A DNA stretch of 49,778 nt from Candidatus Thorarchaeota archaeon (GCA_011364905.1 RDNZ01000018.1:1-49778), one strand, 5' to 3'. Positions 17,496 through 26,854 are shown, counted from the first letter of the stretch. Program-made: numbers and translations. Notes: a model not told the origin generated them from the letters alone.

Positions 17496-18080
17496 CTAGT
17501 ATGCTGCGCCTATGAGCAGCTTTAGCACAGGAACACGAGCGTATCCTCGACGATTCAGGTCTATGATTGGTTTTCGTGCCTCTATCTTGACGAATTTTCC
17601 AGCATCAGAGTTCTTGTAGTACTTGAGGTATATCTTCGAAAATTCTGAAAATGTGGCAGCTCCAAGAAGCTCAGCTACAGCATCATTTGAGATCCTGATA
17701 TGAGCGTCTTCATCATCTGCCTTCCCAACCTTTGTTTCTATTTTGCCAAGTGGAGCTTTCCCAATCCAGAATCGTTCACCCATTGCCATGAACTCAAGCA
17801 TGAACTTATGAGTCCCCTCCAGGCCATCAGCCATTTTGGGATCATTGAGCATATACTCCAAGCGGTCTTGAATTGAATCATGATATGGTATTATGTCCCC
17901 TCTGCCCTCAGGTACGGGTTCTGCAACTTCCGCTGCTGGCTCTGCAACTTCTTCAGCGGGTTCCGCTGGTGCCTCGGGTTCAGATGGGGCAGCCTCGTTA
18001 GTTGTGGTTATGGTCTCTTCTTCTGGTAACTGCTTGGTTTCGTCTTTGTCTTTCTTTTTTCGTCGGAAGAATCTTGACAT
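17496..18080 (-). CDS. Hypothetical protein: basic N-terminus, AEP-rich linker, SCP2-like C-terminal domain
   Basis: MSRFFRRKKK, EPEAPAEPAEE linker, 'GKADDEDAHIRISNDAVAELL' reminiscent of the SCP2 sterol-carrier fold. Confidence 0.6.
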   Translation of the reverse strand: MSRFFRRKKKDKDETKQLPEEETITTTNEAAPSEPEAPAEPAEEVAEPAAEVAEPVPEGRGDIIPYHDSIQDRLEYMLNDPKMADGLEGTHKFMLEFMAMGERFWIGKAPLGKIETKVGKADDEDAHIRISNDAVAELLGAATFSEFSKIYLKYYKNSDAGKFVKIEARKPIIDLNRRGYARVPVLKLLIGAAY

Positions 18081-18178
18081 TTATGAGTTTGCTCCTAATC
18101 TAGAGAAAGCAATACTAGTCCCTGTCTTGCTCTTGCCTTTGTAGCGTACGTGTATAGAAAAAGATAGTTAGGTTGTAC

Positions 18179-18409
18179 CTAGGTAGTTGGAGGTTCTTGA
18201 GGAATCTCAGGAGTCTGAGCTAGTTTTTGAAGCTGTGCCACGAGAGGGAGATTGCTAGATGGCTTTCGGTCTCCCCAAAGCTCGTCAACAAGTAAATCGC
18301 GAATCGCAATCCTGATCACTTCTGATCGATTCGGATACTTGTTTTGGCCAATCAGCTTATCCACACCTTCAACGTAGGATTCAGGGAGACAGATAGTGAC
18401 GACTCTCAA
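18179..18409 (-). CDS. Ribbon-helix-helix (CopG/Arc, CdrS-like) transcription regulator
   Basis: VVTICLP...VDKLI...YPNRSEVIRIAIRDLL. Confidence 0.85.
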   Translation of the reverse strand: MRVVTICLPESYVEGVDKLIGQNKYPNRSEVIRIAIRDLLVDELWGDRKPSSNLPLVAQLQKLAQTPEIPQEPPTT

Positions 18410-18490
18410 TGTTCATCAAAACTCTCCTATACAAACAACATAATGAAAGGGTGTCTGATTGTAGTGCGTATCGGGGTATTACTAGGTTGG

Positions 18491-19531
18491 TTATGGATTG
18501 AGGACTAGCTTTCCAAATTGGTCTCCTTTTTCCATAATCCTGTGGGCTTCCTCAGCCTTTGAGAGCGGGAAGGTTTGATCTACTATAGGTTTGAGATGTC
18601 CATCCCAGACAAGTTTGAGAACTTCGCGAAATTCAGAGCGACTTCCCATTGTGGATCCTAGAATCTCGAGCTGGTTCCAAAATACCAGGTTGGCATTGAT
18701 CATCACATTAGGTCCTGATGTAGCACCGCATGTCACCAACCTCCCACCCTTTCTCAGGCTTCGTAGACTCTTCGCCCATGTAGCCTCCCCCACCGAATCT
18801 ACAACAACGTCTACGCCCCTTCGATTAGTGAGTGACCAAACCTCTTTGTGAAAATCAGGAGTATTCCGGTGATTGATCCCAAAACTTGCCCCCAGTTTCA
18901 GTGCTTTCTCAAGCTTCTCATCAGAAGAACTTGTAACAAGAACGCGAGCTCCGGCAAATTTAGCAATCTGAAGCGCTGCCAAGGCTACACCACCCCCAAT
19001 CCCTATTATGAGGACATCATCACCGGGCTTGATCTTTGCCTTGGTGATGAGCATTCGCCATGCAGTCATAAACGTGAGTGGCGCTGCAGCAGCTTGATTG
19101 AAATCTAGTTTACTATGGTCGGGAATTGGGACCACATATTCAGCCTTCTCGGAGATGAAGTCTGCGTAACCGCCTCGATAATGTTCTCCAATTATGCCAT
19201 AATGTCGGCAGAGCGACACTTCGCCGCGAATGCATTGTTCGCAGACACCGCACGATCGACCGGGGTCAATTATCACTTTCTGACCAACTTCTAGGTTCCC
19301 CGAAACATCGCTTCCTAACTCTTTGATGACTCCAGAAATGTCACTCCCTAGAATATGTGGCATCTCAAGTTTAAGGCCAGGGACTCCAGCCCTCGTGAAG
19401 AGGTCTAGGTGGTTGAGGGCTACAGCCTTGACATCAACAAGCACTTGATCTGGTCCAACGTCAGGGTTCGGAAAATCTTCATATTTCAAGACCTCAGGAG
19501 GACCATGTTCATGGAATACTGTCGCTTTCAT
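18491..19531 (-). CDS. Zn-binding alcohol dehydrogenase / quinone oxidoreductase (MDR family)
   Basis: ALNHLD, PHILGSD, CGVCEQC...C structural Zn site, GIGGGVA, FGKLVL. Confidence 0.9.
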   Translation of the reverse strand: MKATVFHEHGPPEVLKYEDFPNPDVGPDQVLVDVKAVALNHLDLFTRAGVPGLKLEMPHILGSDISGVIKELGSDVSGNLEVGQKVIIDPGRSCGVCEQCIRGEVSLCRHYGIIGEHYRGGYADFISEKAEYVVPIPDHSKLDFNQAAAAPLTFMTAWRMLITKAKIKPGDDVLIIGIGGGVALAALQIAKFAGARVLVTSSSDEKLEKALKLGASFGINHRNTPDFHKEVWSLTNRRGVDVVVDSVGEATWAKSLRSLRKGGRLVTCGATSGPNVMINANLVFWNQLEILGSTMGSRSEFREVLKLVWDGHLKPIVDQTFPLSKAEEAHRIMEKGDQFGKLVLNP

Positions 19532-19653
19532 GCCGTTTCAACCTCTGCTATAGCAGTTTCAATATTATCAAAGATAAAGCCTCGGATAGGTGAATCTTGG
19601 GACAACTTTAAGTCCCTATCATAAGAGGACAAAAGAGAGTATTGGTGAACTCA

Positions 19654-19944
19654 ATGGCAAAAGGAAAAGCTGGAAAAGTACGGACGAGCCACATTCTCGT
19701 CGACAAGCACAGTCAGGCTCTTGCACTAATCAATAAGATTGTTGAAGGCGCAGACTTTGGGAAGATAGCAAGAGAATATAGCAGCTGTCCATCCAAGAAG
19801 AGGGGCGGTGACCTTGGCTGGTTCACAAAGGGGCAAATGGTACCAGAGTTCGAAAAGGCAGCATTTGCGCTTAGTGTCGGAGCAATGACAAGAGACCCTG
19901 TCAAAACCAAGTATGGCTACCATATCATAAAGAGGACAGGATAG
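19654..19944 (+). CDS. ppiC: Parvulin-type peptidyl-prolyl cis-trans isomerase
   Basis: SHILV, FGKIAREYSSCPS, GGDLGWF, MVPEFEKAAF, TKYGYHII. Confidence 0.93.
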   Translation: MAKGKAGKVRTSHILVDKHSQALALINKIVEGADFGKIAREYSSCPSKKRGGDLGWFTKGQMVPEFEKAAFALSVGAMTRDPVKTKYGYHIIKRTG

Positions 19945-20002
19945 TCCAGCTTCTGTTTGCCCGTCTTTGTCAAAGAGAAGGAATTGAATAATCTACAATC
20001 GA

Positions 20003-21151
20003 TTACTCCGCTGAGTCAGAAGTGTCTTTTGTTTCTCCTTTTGGTACAATCTCTTCTTCTACGAACCGCGTTTCACACTTTTCTAAGACCTTTGGCAGTG
20101 TGGTATATTCCATCTCATGCTCACCGAGGCGATGCGGCTGAAATGGTCCAGTACGGCGGAGATAGTCAGCAATCTCCATGCCTCTCTTCCGTGTTATATC
20201 AAATGCTACATCAGAGAAGAGATCTACAGGGCCGATTAGCATGCCATGAGAGACTTGGAATCCAAGACCAACAACACGCGGAGGCCCATCAAACCGTGTA
20301 CACCTCGAGTCCTTCAGACCGACTGGGAGTAGTGGACCTGCATGAGAGCCACGCATCCAGCCAGACACCAAATGTGGCAGTGTAAAGGCTTCCAATACTT
20401 CACCCATAGCAGGAAGACCTGAGTGAGCCCTGATGATTGCAACAGGATCGTCTTTTCCTACGTATTTGCCAGCAATTGCATGGAGCTTATCAGTACTCAC
20501 TGATGCAGTAATCATTCCATCTGCTCGATAGACTTTCTTAATCGTGAAGCGACCAGTACTTCCAAGAAGTGCCAGGATATCGTATGACTCCTCTGGTGCC
20601 TTCATTTCAACAAAACAAGGAACCTCCTTCATGATGTCTTGAATGACAAATCTAAACCCGTCATGTAGATTCGGATCAATAACGAGACCGGCTGTGTTGA
20701 AGGGGTCAGCATAGATTTTGAATAGTGGATAATTGAAAGCGCCTGGTTCTGTCTTATCAGCCAAAAAAACTGCAATTGGTTCGGACCTGCGTTCCTCAAA
20801 GGTCATCTCTGCGGATCCTGGACCCATGCCTTTTACATTTCCACTGAAAGTGTCAGCGAGTATATCTTGACCCGCTGCATAAATCTTCTTCTCACGTGCA
20901 AGTTCTGTTCCTTTGATGAATGTGTCCCAAGCCAGCTTGTGAACATCCTCAGCCCCCTCACCCTTGTTGTGAGTCATGATTAACTCTAGGTCATCACCAG
21001 CATTGGTAACGTAGAAGTCATTGATAATTTTTTGATTCACACCTTCTTTCAGTGACTTCCTGGCTGATTCGAACAGGAAATCAGGCACAACTACATGTCC
21101 AGCTAGTGAGCCAATGTCTGCTTTAATTATGCTAATGGTAGTTTCGACCAT
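20003..21151 (-). CDS. fbp: Bifunctional fructose-1,6-bisphosphate aldolase/phosphatase (FBPase class V)
   Basis: IKADIGS, GDDLEL, YAAGQD, DKTEPGAFN, YVGKDDP, GWMRGSH, FDGPP. Confidence 0.97.
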   Translation of the reverse strand: MVETTISIIKADIGSLAGHVVVPDFLFESARKSLKEGVNQKIINDFYVTNAGDDLELIMTHNKGEGAEDVHKLAWDTFIKGTELAREKKIYAAGQDILADTFSGNVKGMGPGSAEMTFEERRSEPIAVFLADKTEPGAFNYPLFKIYADPFNTAGLVIDPNLHDGFRFVIQDIMKEVPCFVEMKAPEESYDILALLGSTGRFTIKKVYRADGMITASVSTDKLHAIAGKYVGKDDPVAIIRAHSGLPAMGEVLEAFTLPHLVSGWMRGSHAGPLLPVGLKDSRCTRFDGPPRVVGLGFQVSHGMLIGPVDLFSDVAFDITRKRGMEIADYLRRTGPFQPHRLGEHEMEYTTLPKVLEKCETRFVEEEIVPKGETKDTSDSAE

Positions 21152-21176
21152 TTGTCAGTCCGCTCCAAATCTTGCA

Positions 21177-21210
21177 GTCAATTAGAAACCCCAAAGGGGA
21201 TTCCATTGAC
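21177..21210. promoter_or_regulatory. Inverted repeat at the fbp promoter/5' leader
   Basis: GTCAAT-TAGAA-ACCCC-AAA-GGGGA-TTCC-ATTGAC, about 20 nt downstream of a TTATAT box (21231-21236, minus strand). Confidence 0.45.
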
Positions 21211-21274
21211 TCTTCGACTATTCTTTACGCATATAATAGTTCTCATCCGTTGAAATCAATACGTGTTTAAGAAA

Positions 21275-22171
21275 CTACGACTCCTTTGCGTTCAAAATAA
21301 TGCCTTTCAAGGTGTTGGCCATCTTCAACGCGTCATCCCAATCTCGCTGCCAGATATTACGACCGAAAACGAGTCCGGAGGCGCCATGTTCCATGCAGAT
21401 CTTGGCGCGTTCGATGACCTCTTCATCAGTGGCCTTTCCACCACCAGAGAATATGACTAGCGACTTTCCCGCAGACCTCACCACCTTGGCTACCATCTCT
21501 TCAGTACTAAGGTTCAAGGTATCGTATGGTGATGGCTGCATTGATCTGCTCTTTGCGGATGTGGCGGGAACATTCAGCTTGACGATATCAGCCCCAAGCT
21601 CATTGGCAACTCTGGCTGCATAATCGATAGCATAGAGAGAGTCTCTGCCACCTTTCGCATCGACAGCTTCACCTCTTGGATAGGCCCAAACCATGATAGG
21701 CATGCCATAGCGCTCAGCATCTTTCTTCACCTTTCTGAATTGGTTGAAGTCTGTGTATTGATTTGGACTTCCGACATAGAGTGTATACCCTACTGCATCA
21801 GCACCAATCCGTACAGCGTCCTCAACGGAACCTGTCATGGGAGACACAGGCTCATTTGCCGGTGGAATACGGGTCTTTCCGTTGATCTTCAAGACAATGG
21901 GAATTTTTCCTGCGAACTTCGGCCCGTACTTCTCAGCCAGACCCAGGTGTAGTGCAATAGCTGAAAAGCCCCCTTCGATTGCGAGTTTGAATTGATACTC
22001 AGGATTCAGACAGTCATGTTCTGTGAAGAAATCGACAGGACCATGTTCCAATCCCTGGTCAATGGGTAATATCAAAAGAGTGCCGTCTCCGGGACCATGT
22101 TTGTACAACATTCGATTGAGACGAGTACGTTTCCCTAGGTTGAGATGATATAATTCGTCAAGCTTTTCCAT
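21275..22171 (-). CDS. fbaB: Class I fructose-bisphosphate aldolase (DhnA/FbaB family)
   Basis: PIDQGLEHGP, DAVGYTLYVGS, WAYPRG, LGADIVK (Schiff-base Lys), FSGG, GRNIWQ. Confidence 0.9.
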   Translation of the reverse strand: MEKLDELYHLNLGKRTRLNRMLYKHGPGDGTLLILPIDQGLEHGPVDFFTEHDCLNPEYQFKLAIEGGFSAIALHLGLAEKYGPKFAGKIPIVLKINGKTRIPPANEPVSPMTGSVEDAVRIGADAVGYTLYVGSPNQYTDFNQFRKVKKDAERYGMPIMVWAYPRGEAVDAKGGRDSLYAIDYAARVANELGADIVKLNVPATSAKSRSMQPSPYDTLNLSTEEMVAKVVRSAGKSLVIFSGGGKATDEEVIERAKICMEHGASGLVFGRNIWQRDWDDALKMANTLKGIILNAKES

Positions 22172-22272
22172 GTTAGTCCACCTAAGAACTGATTCAATAA
22201 AGAGTGCGTTCCCCTATATGTGATACGAAAGTAACAAATCGAGCTATTCACGATTATAACAGGTGGTTTATC

Positions 22273-23106
22273 ATGACTGACAGGAAAATCTCTGCAACTC
22301 GACCAGTCACTGAAGACAGAGAACAGTATCACCTTGAGGTGAAGCAAGGCGATGTTGCAAAAACGGTTCTGATTCCAGGCGATCCACAGAGAGTGGAGAG
22401 AATCAGCGCACTGTGGGATGAGTCAAGACAAGTTGCCATGCATAGACAATTTGTGACTCACACAGGAAAGTACAAGGGTGTGGACATCTCAGCTTGTTCT
22501 ACAGGGATAGGAGGACCGGGGACTGCGATTGTGATTGAGGAGCTAGCAAATGTAGGAGCAGACACATTTCTCCGTGTTGGTTCATGTGCCACTCTTAAGG
22601 AAGATATTGATATTGGGGACATCATAATCTCGACATCATCCGTAAGATTGGAAGGCACTAGCAAGCAGTATGTACGACCTGAATACCCAGCGGCTGCATC
22701 CTATGAGGCTATACTCGCATTTGTGGAAGCGGCGGAATCCCTTGGATTGACGTACCATCTTGGTATCTCCGCATCAACCGACTCATTCTATCTTGGACAA
22801 TCGCGACCAGGATTTGGTGGGTATACACAAAGCATGAGCGAAACCTTGATTCAAGACCTCACTAAAGCAAATGTGACTAATTTTGAGATGGAAACTGCGA
22901 CACTCTTCACTCTCGGGAACATCTACGACGGGTTCCGGACAGGAGCGGCTTGCGCGGTGTATGCAAATAGGGTAAAGGACGAGTTCGCAGTTAAAGGAGA
23001 AAACGACGTAATCAAGTGCGGAAATGAAGCTGTGAAGACTCTCTCTGAGATGGATCAAGAGAAGAAAGGCAAAAAGTATTGGAACCGCAAACTTCTCAGG
23101 AAATAG
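22273..23106 (+). CDS. udp: Uridine phosphorylase (NP-I family)
   Basis: PGDPQRV, STGIGGP, RVGSC, SFYLGQ, NFEME; ATG at 22273 after GGTGG. Confidence 0.85.
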   Translation: MTDRKISATRPVTEDREQYHLEVKQGDVAKTVLIPGDPQRVERISALWDESRQVAMHRQFVTHTGKYKGVDISACSTGIGGPGTAIVIEELANVGADTFLRVGSCATLKEDIDIGDIIISTSSVRLEGTSKQYVRPEYPAAASYEAILAFVEAAESLGLTYHLGISASTDSFYLGQSRPGFGGYTQSMSETLIQDLTKANVTNFEMETATLFTLGNIYDGFRTGAACAVYANRVKDEFAVKGENDVIKCGNEAVKTLSEMDQEKKGKKYWNRKLLRK

Positions 23107-23151
23107 CCTTCAAGAGAATCAATACCAATGCAGGTTGAAACACGCTAAGTA

Positions 23152-24969
23152 CTAGACCTTGCCCACGTAGTAATACTCACCCGATGCCTTCTGCTGTTGA
23201 TCCAACTTCGATCCGTCCTTATTGACCCTTGGTCGACCGGTTTGGGGGTCTCTCCTGAATGTTACACCCATCTCCTTGAGGAATGTGTTCATCCCATTCC
23301 TTAATGTCCTAACAGATGATGCCGAGCCTGACCGTCCAGGAATCCCTCCGAACACCACAAGACTGTCACTGAGATAATCAGCCATGAGGATTGAGTGCTC
23401 GACTATAAAGGCGGTCTTCATGTTGTTTCTGACATGTCGTCGTATCGCTCGCGAACTAACAAGCCTTTGTTCAATATCGAGGAAGGCAGAGGGTTCATCA
23501 AAGAGATAGATGTCAGCCTCACGGGCAAGACAAGCGGCAATCGCGGCTCTTTGGAGCTCTCCTCCACTTAAGTCAGGAACCATATGATCCATCAGGTTCT
23601 CAAGTCCAAGTCTATTGATCACAGAGGTCCTGAAATCAGCACTGTCAATAGTATTCCCGCCTGCAGCGCGCAAGTACATCCTGAGGCTCCCTTCAAAGTC
23701 TGCTGGAATGTACTGTGGTTTGTAACTTATTTTTAGTTCCAGTCCAGTGACTGTCTTCTTGGGCGCCTCTCCTTCATCAGGCTCAAGGTCTCCTGCGAGC
23801 ATCCTGACAAATGTTGTCTTTCCTATTCCGTTTGCTCCGAGAATTCCGACAATCTGGCCTTTGGAAACACGGCTTCCCTTAATCTCAAGGGTGAAGTCTT
23901 CAAAGCTCTTTTTCATGTCGCCATACTCGACCATGGCCTCTCTGGAGAGGTACTCCTCATCATCCGCAGTCATCCCCTTGAATGAGATTGCAGTGTCACG
24001 GAACCGCATATTCTCATCAGGGATGAAACCATCAAGGAAGATGTTTACACCTACACGAGTCCCGTGTGGATGCGAAACGATACCATAGACACCGGGGTCG
24101 CCATAGAACATACAAACTAGGTCTGAAACATAGTCAAGAATTGAGAGGTCATGTTCCACTACGACCACAGTCTTGCCTAGTGAGGAAAGTTTTCGAATTG
24201 CGCGGGCCATTCGGAGACGTTCTCGGACATCGAGGTATGCTGTTGGCTCGTCAAAGAAGTAGATATCCCCCTCACGGACTATGGCGGCTGTGACAGCGAC
24301 TCGCTGCAGTTCTCCGCCGCTGAGGAACTTGATTGGACGGTCCCAGATCTCGTTCAGACTCATGTCATCCTTAAGCTCATTCAGACGACCAGAGGAATCG
24401 GAGGACTCTAAGAGATCACTGATGGGGCGGTCTGCAAGGTCCTTTACCTTGGGCAAATCTGTGATGTTCTGAGGCTTCAGAATGGGCACCAATGAGCCTG
24501 CCTGTATCTTCTCGAAGAACGGTTGGAGTTCTGATCCGCGATACGCAGTGATAATCTCGTCCCACTCAGGAGGGTCATCAAATCTTCCTAGGTTGGGTGA
24601 CAACTCGCCTGCCAGAATTCTCACAGCTGTGGTTTTACCCACTCCGTTCGGACCTATTAGGCCTAACACTTGTCCATCCTTTGGTATAGGAAGTCGAAAC
24701 AGCTTGAATCCATTTACACTGTATCGATGACTCGTATCGCTTTCCAACTCTTCAGGCAAGTTCACAATGCGAATGACCTTGTAGGGGCATTTCTTGACAC
24801 ATATCGCTTCGCCTGAACAAAGAGCCTCCACTATGACAGGTGGCTTGTCCGGGCCTTCCGGGAAGATGACTGTTTCGTCACCTGTTCTCACCCGCGGGCA
24901 AAACCTCTGACACTCGTGTGTGCAGTCCTTTGGTCTGCAACGAAGTTGGTCAACAATTGCGATACGCAT
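23152..24969 (-). CDS. rli: Ribosome recycling ATPase ABCE1/RLI
   Basis: N-terminal Fe-S domain, two ABC domains (GPNGVGKT, LSGGELQ, DEP; GANGIGKT), TFRRD..TGRPRVNK, GEYYY. Confidence 0.97.
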   Translation of the reverse strand: MRIAIVDQLRCRPKDCTHECQRFCPRVRTGDETVIFPEGPDKPPVIVEALCSGEAICVKKCPYKVIRIVNLPEELESDTSHRYSVNGFKLFRLPIPKDGQVLGLIGPNGVGKTTAVRILAGELSPNLGRFDDPPEWDEIITAYRGSELQPFFEKIQAGSLVPILKPQNITDLPKVKDLADRPISDLLESSDSSGRLNELKDDMSLNEIWDRPIKFLSGGELQRVAVTAAIVREGDIYFFDEPTAYLDVRERLRMARAIRKLSSLGKTVVVVEHDLSILDYVSDLVCMFYGDPGVYGIVSHPHGTRVGVNIFLDGFIPDENMRFRDTAISFKGMTADDEEYLSREAMVEYGDMKKSFEDFTLEIKGSRVSKGQIVGILGANGIGKTTFVRMLAGDLEPDEGEAPKKTVTGLELKISYKPQYIPADFEGSLRMYLRAAGGNTIDSADFRTSVINRLGLENLMDHMVPDLSGGELQRAAIAACLAREADIYLFDEPSAFLDIEQRLVSSRAIRRHVRNNMKTAFIVEHSILMADYLSDSLVVFGGIPGRSGSASSVRTLRNGMNTFLKEMGVTFRRDPQTGRPRVNKDGSKLDQQQKASGEYYYVGKV

Positions 24970-25103
24970 GAGATATGTCAACACCTAGGATGAAACTGAC
25001 GTTTGATGTTTTTGCATAGTATTTAGCACTTTGGCTGGGTGCGATTGACGGGATGGCAATCCTTTTCTGCACATTCACGGATTATTCCGTGGAACTATTG
25101 ACA

Positions 25104-25337
25104 ATGAAGATATTTGACAGACTTCTTGAGGTATTTGGGAGGAGACGCTCGAAACTCCTGGGAGCAGCAACGCAACCAAATGATCTGATGGCATACATCC
25201 ATATGGTTCGTGCCAATGCATATTTTCGAATCACTGGAAAGAAGCTCCCAATTCAGAACCTGCCCACTGATGAATCCGCAGAGGATCTTACCAGTAAGCT
25301 CTCGCCGTCCCGACGTCTAGCAAGGCGAGACCTCTAG
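25104..25337 (+). CDS. Small hypothetical protein
   Basis: ORF fills the intergenic gap; N-terminal amphipathic MKIFDRLLEVFGRRR; alternative start at 25053. Confidence 0.45.
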   Translation: MKIFDRLLEVFGRRRSKLLGAATQPNDLMAYIHMVRANAYFRITGKKLPIQNLPTDESAEDLTSKLSPSRRLARRDL

Positions 25338-25390
25338 TTTGTCACATCAACCTTATAGCCTTCTGCGAAAAGTTGTTCAGGGGATAGAAG

Positions 25391-25993
25391 ATTACTCACA
25401 AGGCTGTTGCACTTGTCATTGTTTTGTTCCTCCTACTTGCGTTAAGTATGCCATTTCTATTCCTGGTCAGACCTACTCCTGATGATAACACACTAAGGAA
25501 GCTGGCCTTGGTCTATTCATGCAACGAAATGACTTACACTAATCAGTCAGGGTGGACGGATCAATCGAGCACTGACGATTTCGAATATTATGTAGCTCTC
25601 AGCAATATGGAAATAATTCTGGGAAATCAACTCTACTACAGTCTTCCTCTTGGAGTTCCCATAGAGTCATGGAATGCTTATTCAGCAGTGAACATTGGTT
25701 CATACGGAGCAACCATAATGGACTCAGACAATCTAAATGGCTATGATGTCTGGCTTTGCATGATTTCAACAGAAAATGGTTCACTTACTGCCAGCTACGA
25801 CAGGCAGTTCGGTGTTCTTGTAACCGGAAATTGGACTGAGACAAACTTTCAGAGAATAATCAACCTCCAAGTAATGACCTTTAGCCCGCCTCTGGTCCCA
25901 TTCGTAAGAAATGAGGGAGTACTTCTGGCAGGAATCTTTGTAGAATTGGCCGTCATAATAGGGCTGCTTGCAGATCGACTGAAGAAGTCGTAG
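25391..25993 (+). CDS. Membrane protein with N- and C-terminal TM helices (paralogue A), probable ATT start
   Basis: Frame is open upstream of TTG 25424 through ITHKAVALVIVL to a TAG at 25385; C-terminal GVLLAGIFVELAVI. Confidence 0.75.
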   Translation: MTHKAVALVIVLFLLLALSMPFLFLVRPTPDDNTLRKLALVYSCNEMTYTNQSGWTDQSSTDDFEYYVALSNMEIILGNQLYYSLPLGVPIESWNAYSAVNIGSYGATIMDSDNLNGYDVWLCMISTENGSLTASYDRQFGVLVTGNWTETNFQRIINLQVMTFSPPLVPFVRNEGVLLAGIFVELAVIIGLLADRLKKS

Positions 25994-26061
25994 TAAATCC
26001 CAGCGAAGAACCTGCATCATATTTATAGCCCTTTGTTAGAAAAACCATCAGGGGATAAGAG

Positions 26062-26682
26062 ATTTCGGACCGCTTAATATGGGTTGCAATAGGACTTCTT
26101 CTGGTCTGTTCAGTGAGTATGTGCGTTATTTATCTTGATTTGCCCAATGATGATAGACTAAGAGAGATTTCAATCAACTATCAATATCACCATGCAGTAT
26201 ATACATCAAATTCAGGATGGAGTGGTAGTACTGAAACAGAATCGGTTTCGTTCATTGTATCACGAGTCGATATTCATCAGGTCTTGGGAGGACAAAACTA
26301 TCGAGGGTATCCAATATGGAAAAATGTGAGTTTATGGACTCTATCTGCGGTTGTTAACATTGGAGGAGTTTCAGCGCATATTACCAATGAATCAAATTGG
26401 CGAGGACATGATTGCTGGAGATGTGAAATTGACGAGGCTACTGTTGTGTATTATGACAAGAACAGCGGATTATTACTACAAAGCCTATCATCTGCCGTAG
26501 GAGGTGATGTATTCACGGACCTCTGGATGTACACAGAGGAAATCACTCTTTCAAGCGTGAATTACGCAGGGCTCTACACAATTGAAGTGAAACAAACAGG
26601 AGTCATTCTTGCAGCGATCTTTGCAGAGCTTGCTGTTATAACTTGGCTATTTGCTAGAAGATTGAGAAAGAAAACCGAATGA
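26062..26682 (+). CDS. Membrane protein with N- and C-terminal TM helices (paralogue B), probable ATT start
   Basis: Frame is open upstream of GTG 26113 through ISDRLIWVAIGLLL to a TAA at 26056; shares YT..SGW, VNIG, YD...G.L and GV.LA.IF.ELAVI with paralogue A. Confidence 0.75.
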   Translation: MSDRLIWVAIGLLLVCSVSMCVIYLDLPNDDRLREISINYQYHHAVYTSNSGWSGSTETESVSFIVSRVDIHQVLGGQNYRGYPIWKNVSLWTLSAVVNIGGVSAHITNESNWRGHDCWRCEIDEATVVYYDKNSGLLLQSLSSAVGGDVFTDLWMYTEEITLSSVNYAGLYTIEVKQTGVILAAIFAELAVITWLFARRLRKKTE

Positions 26683-26854
26683 GGACACCTGAGCTCGACT
26701 TCACGCCGCGGGCAGGGTCAAAATTACTTGTGATAGTTGTTAATGAGAATCATCTCAAGATGTTCGACATCATGGCATCTATATAGTAAAATGTCAGAAG
26801 GAATCTAGAAAAGCTGTGAATACTCTTTAAGTAGTACACTCTTTAGGGAAAGGC

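Noticed and set aside
19957-20385. 142-aa plus-strand ORF after the parvulin
   Set aside because: Overlaps the well-supported fbp on the opposite strand
21177-21210. Palindromic 34-mer resembling a CRISPR repeat or IS200/IS605 end
   Set aside because: Single copy, no spacers, and no cas, tnpA or tnpB gene in the window
25373-25390. Pyrrolysine-type TAG readthrough upstream of paralogue A
   Set aside because: The paralogue has TAA at the same position; an ATT start explains both
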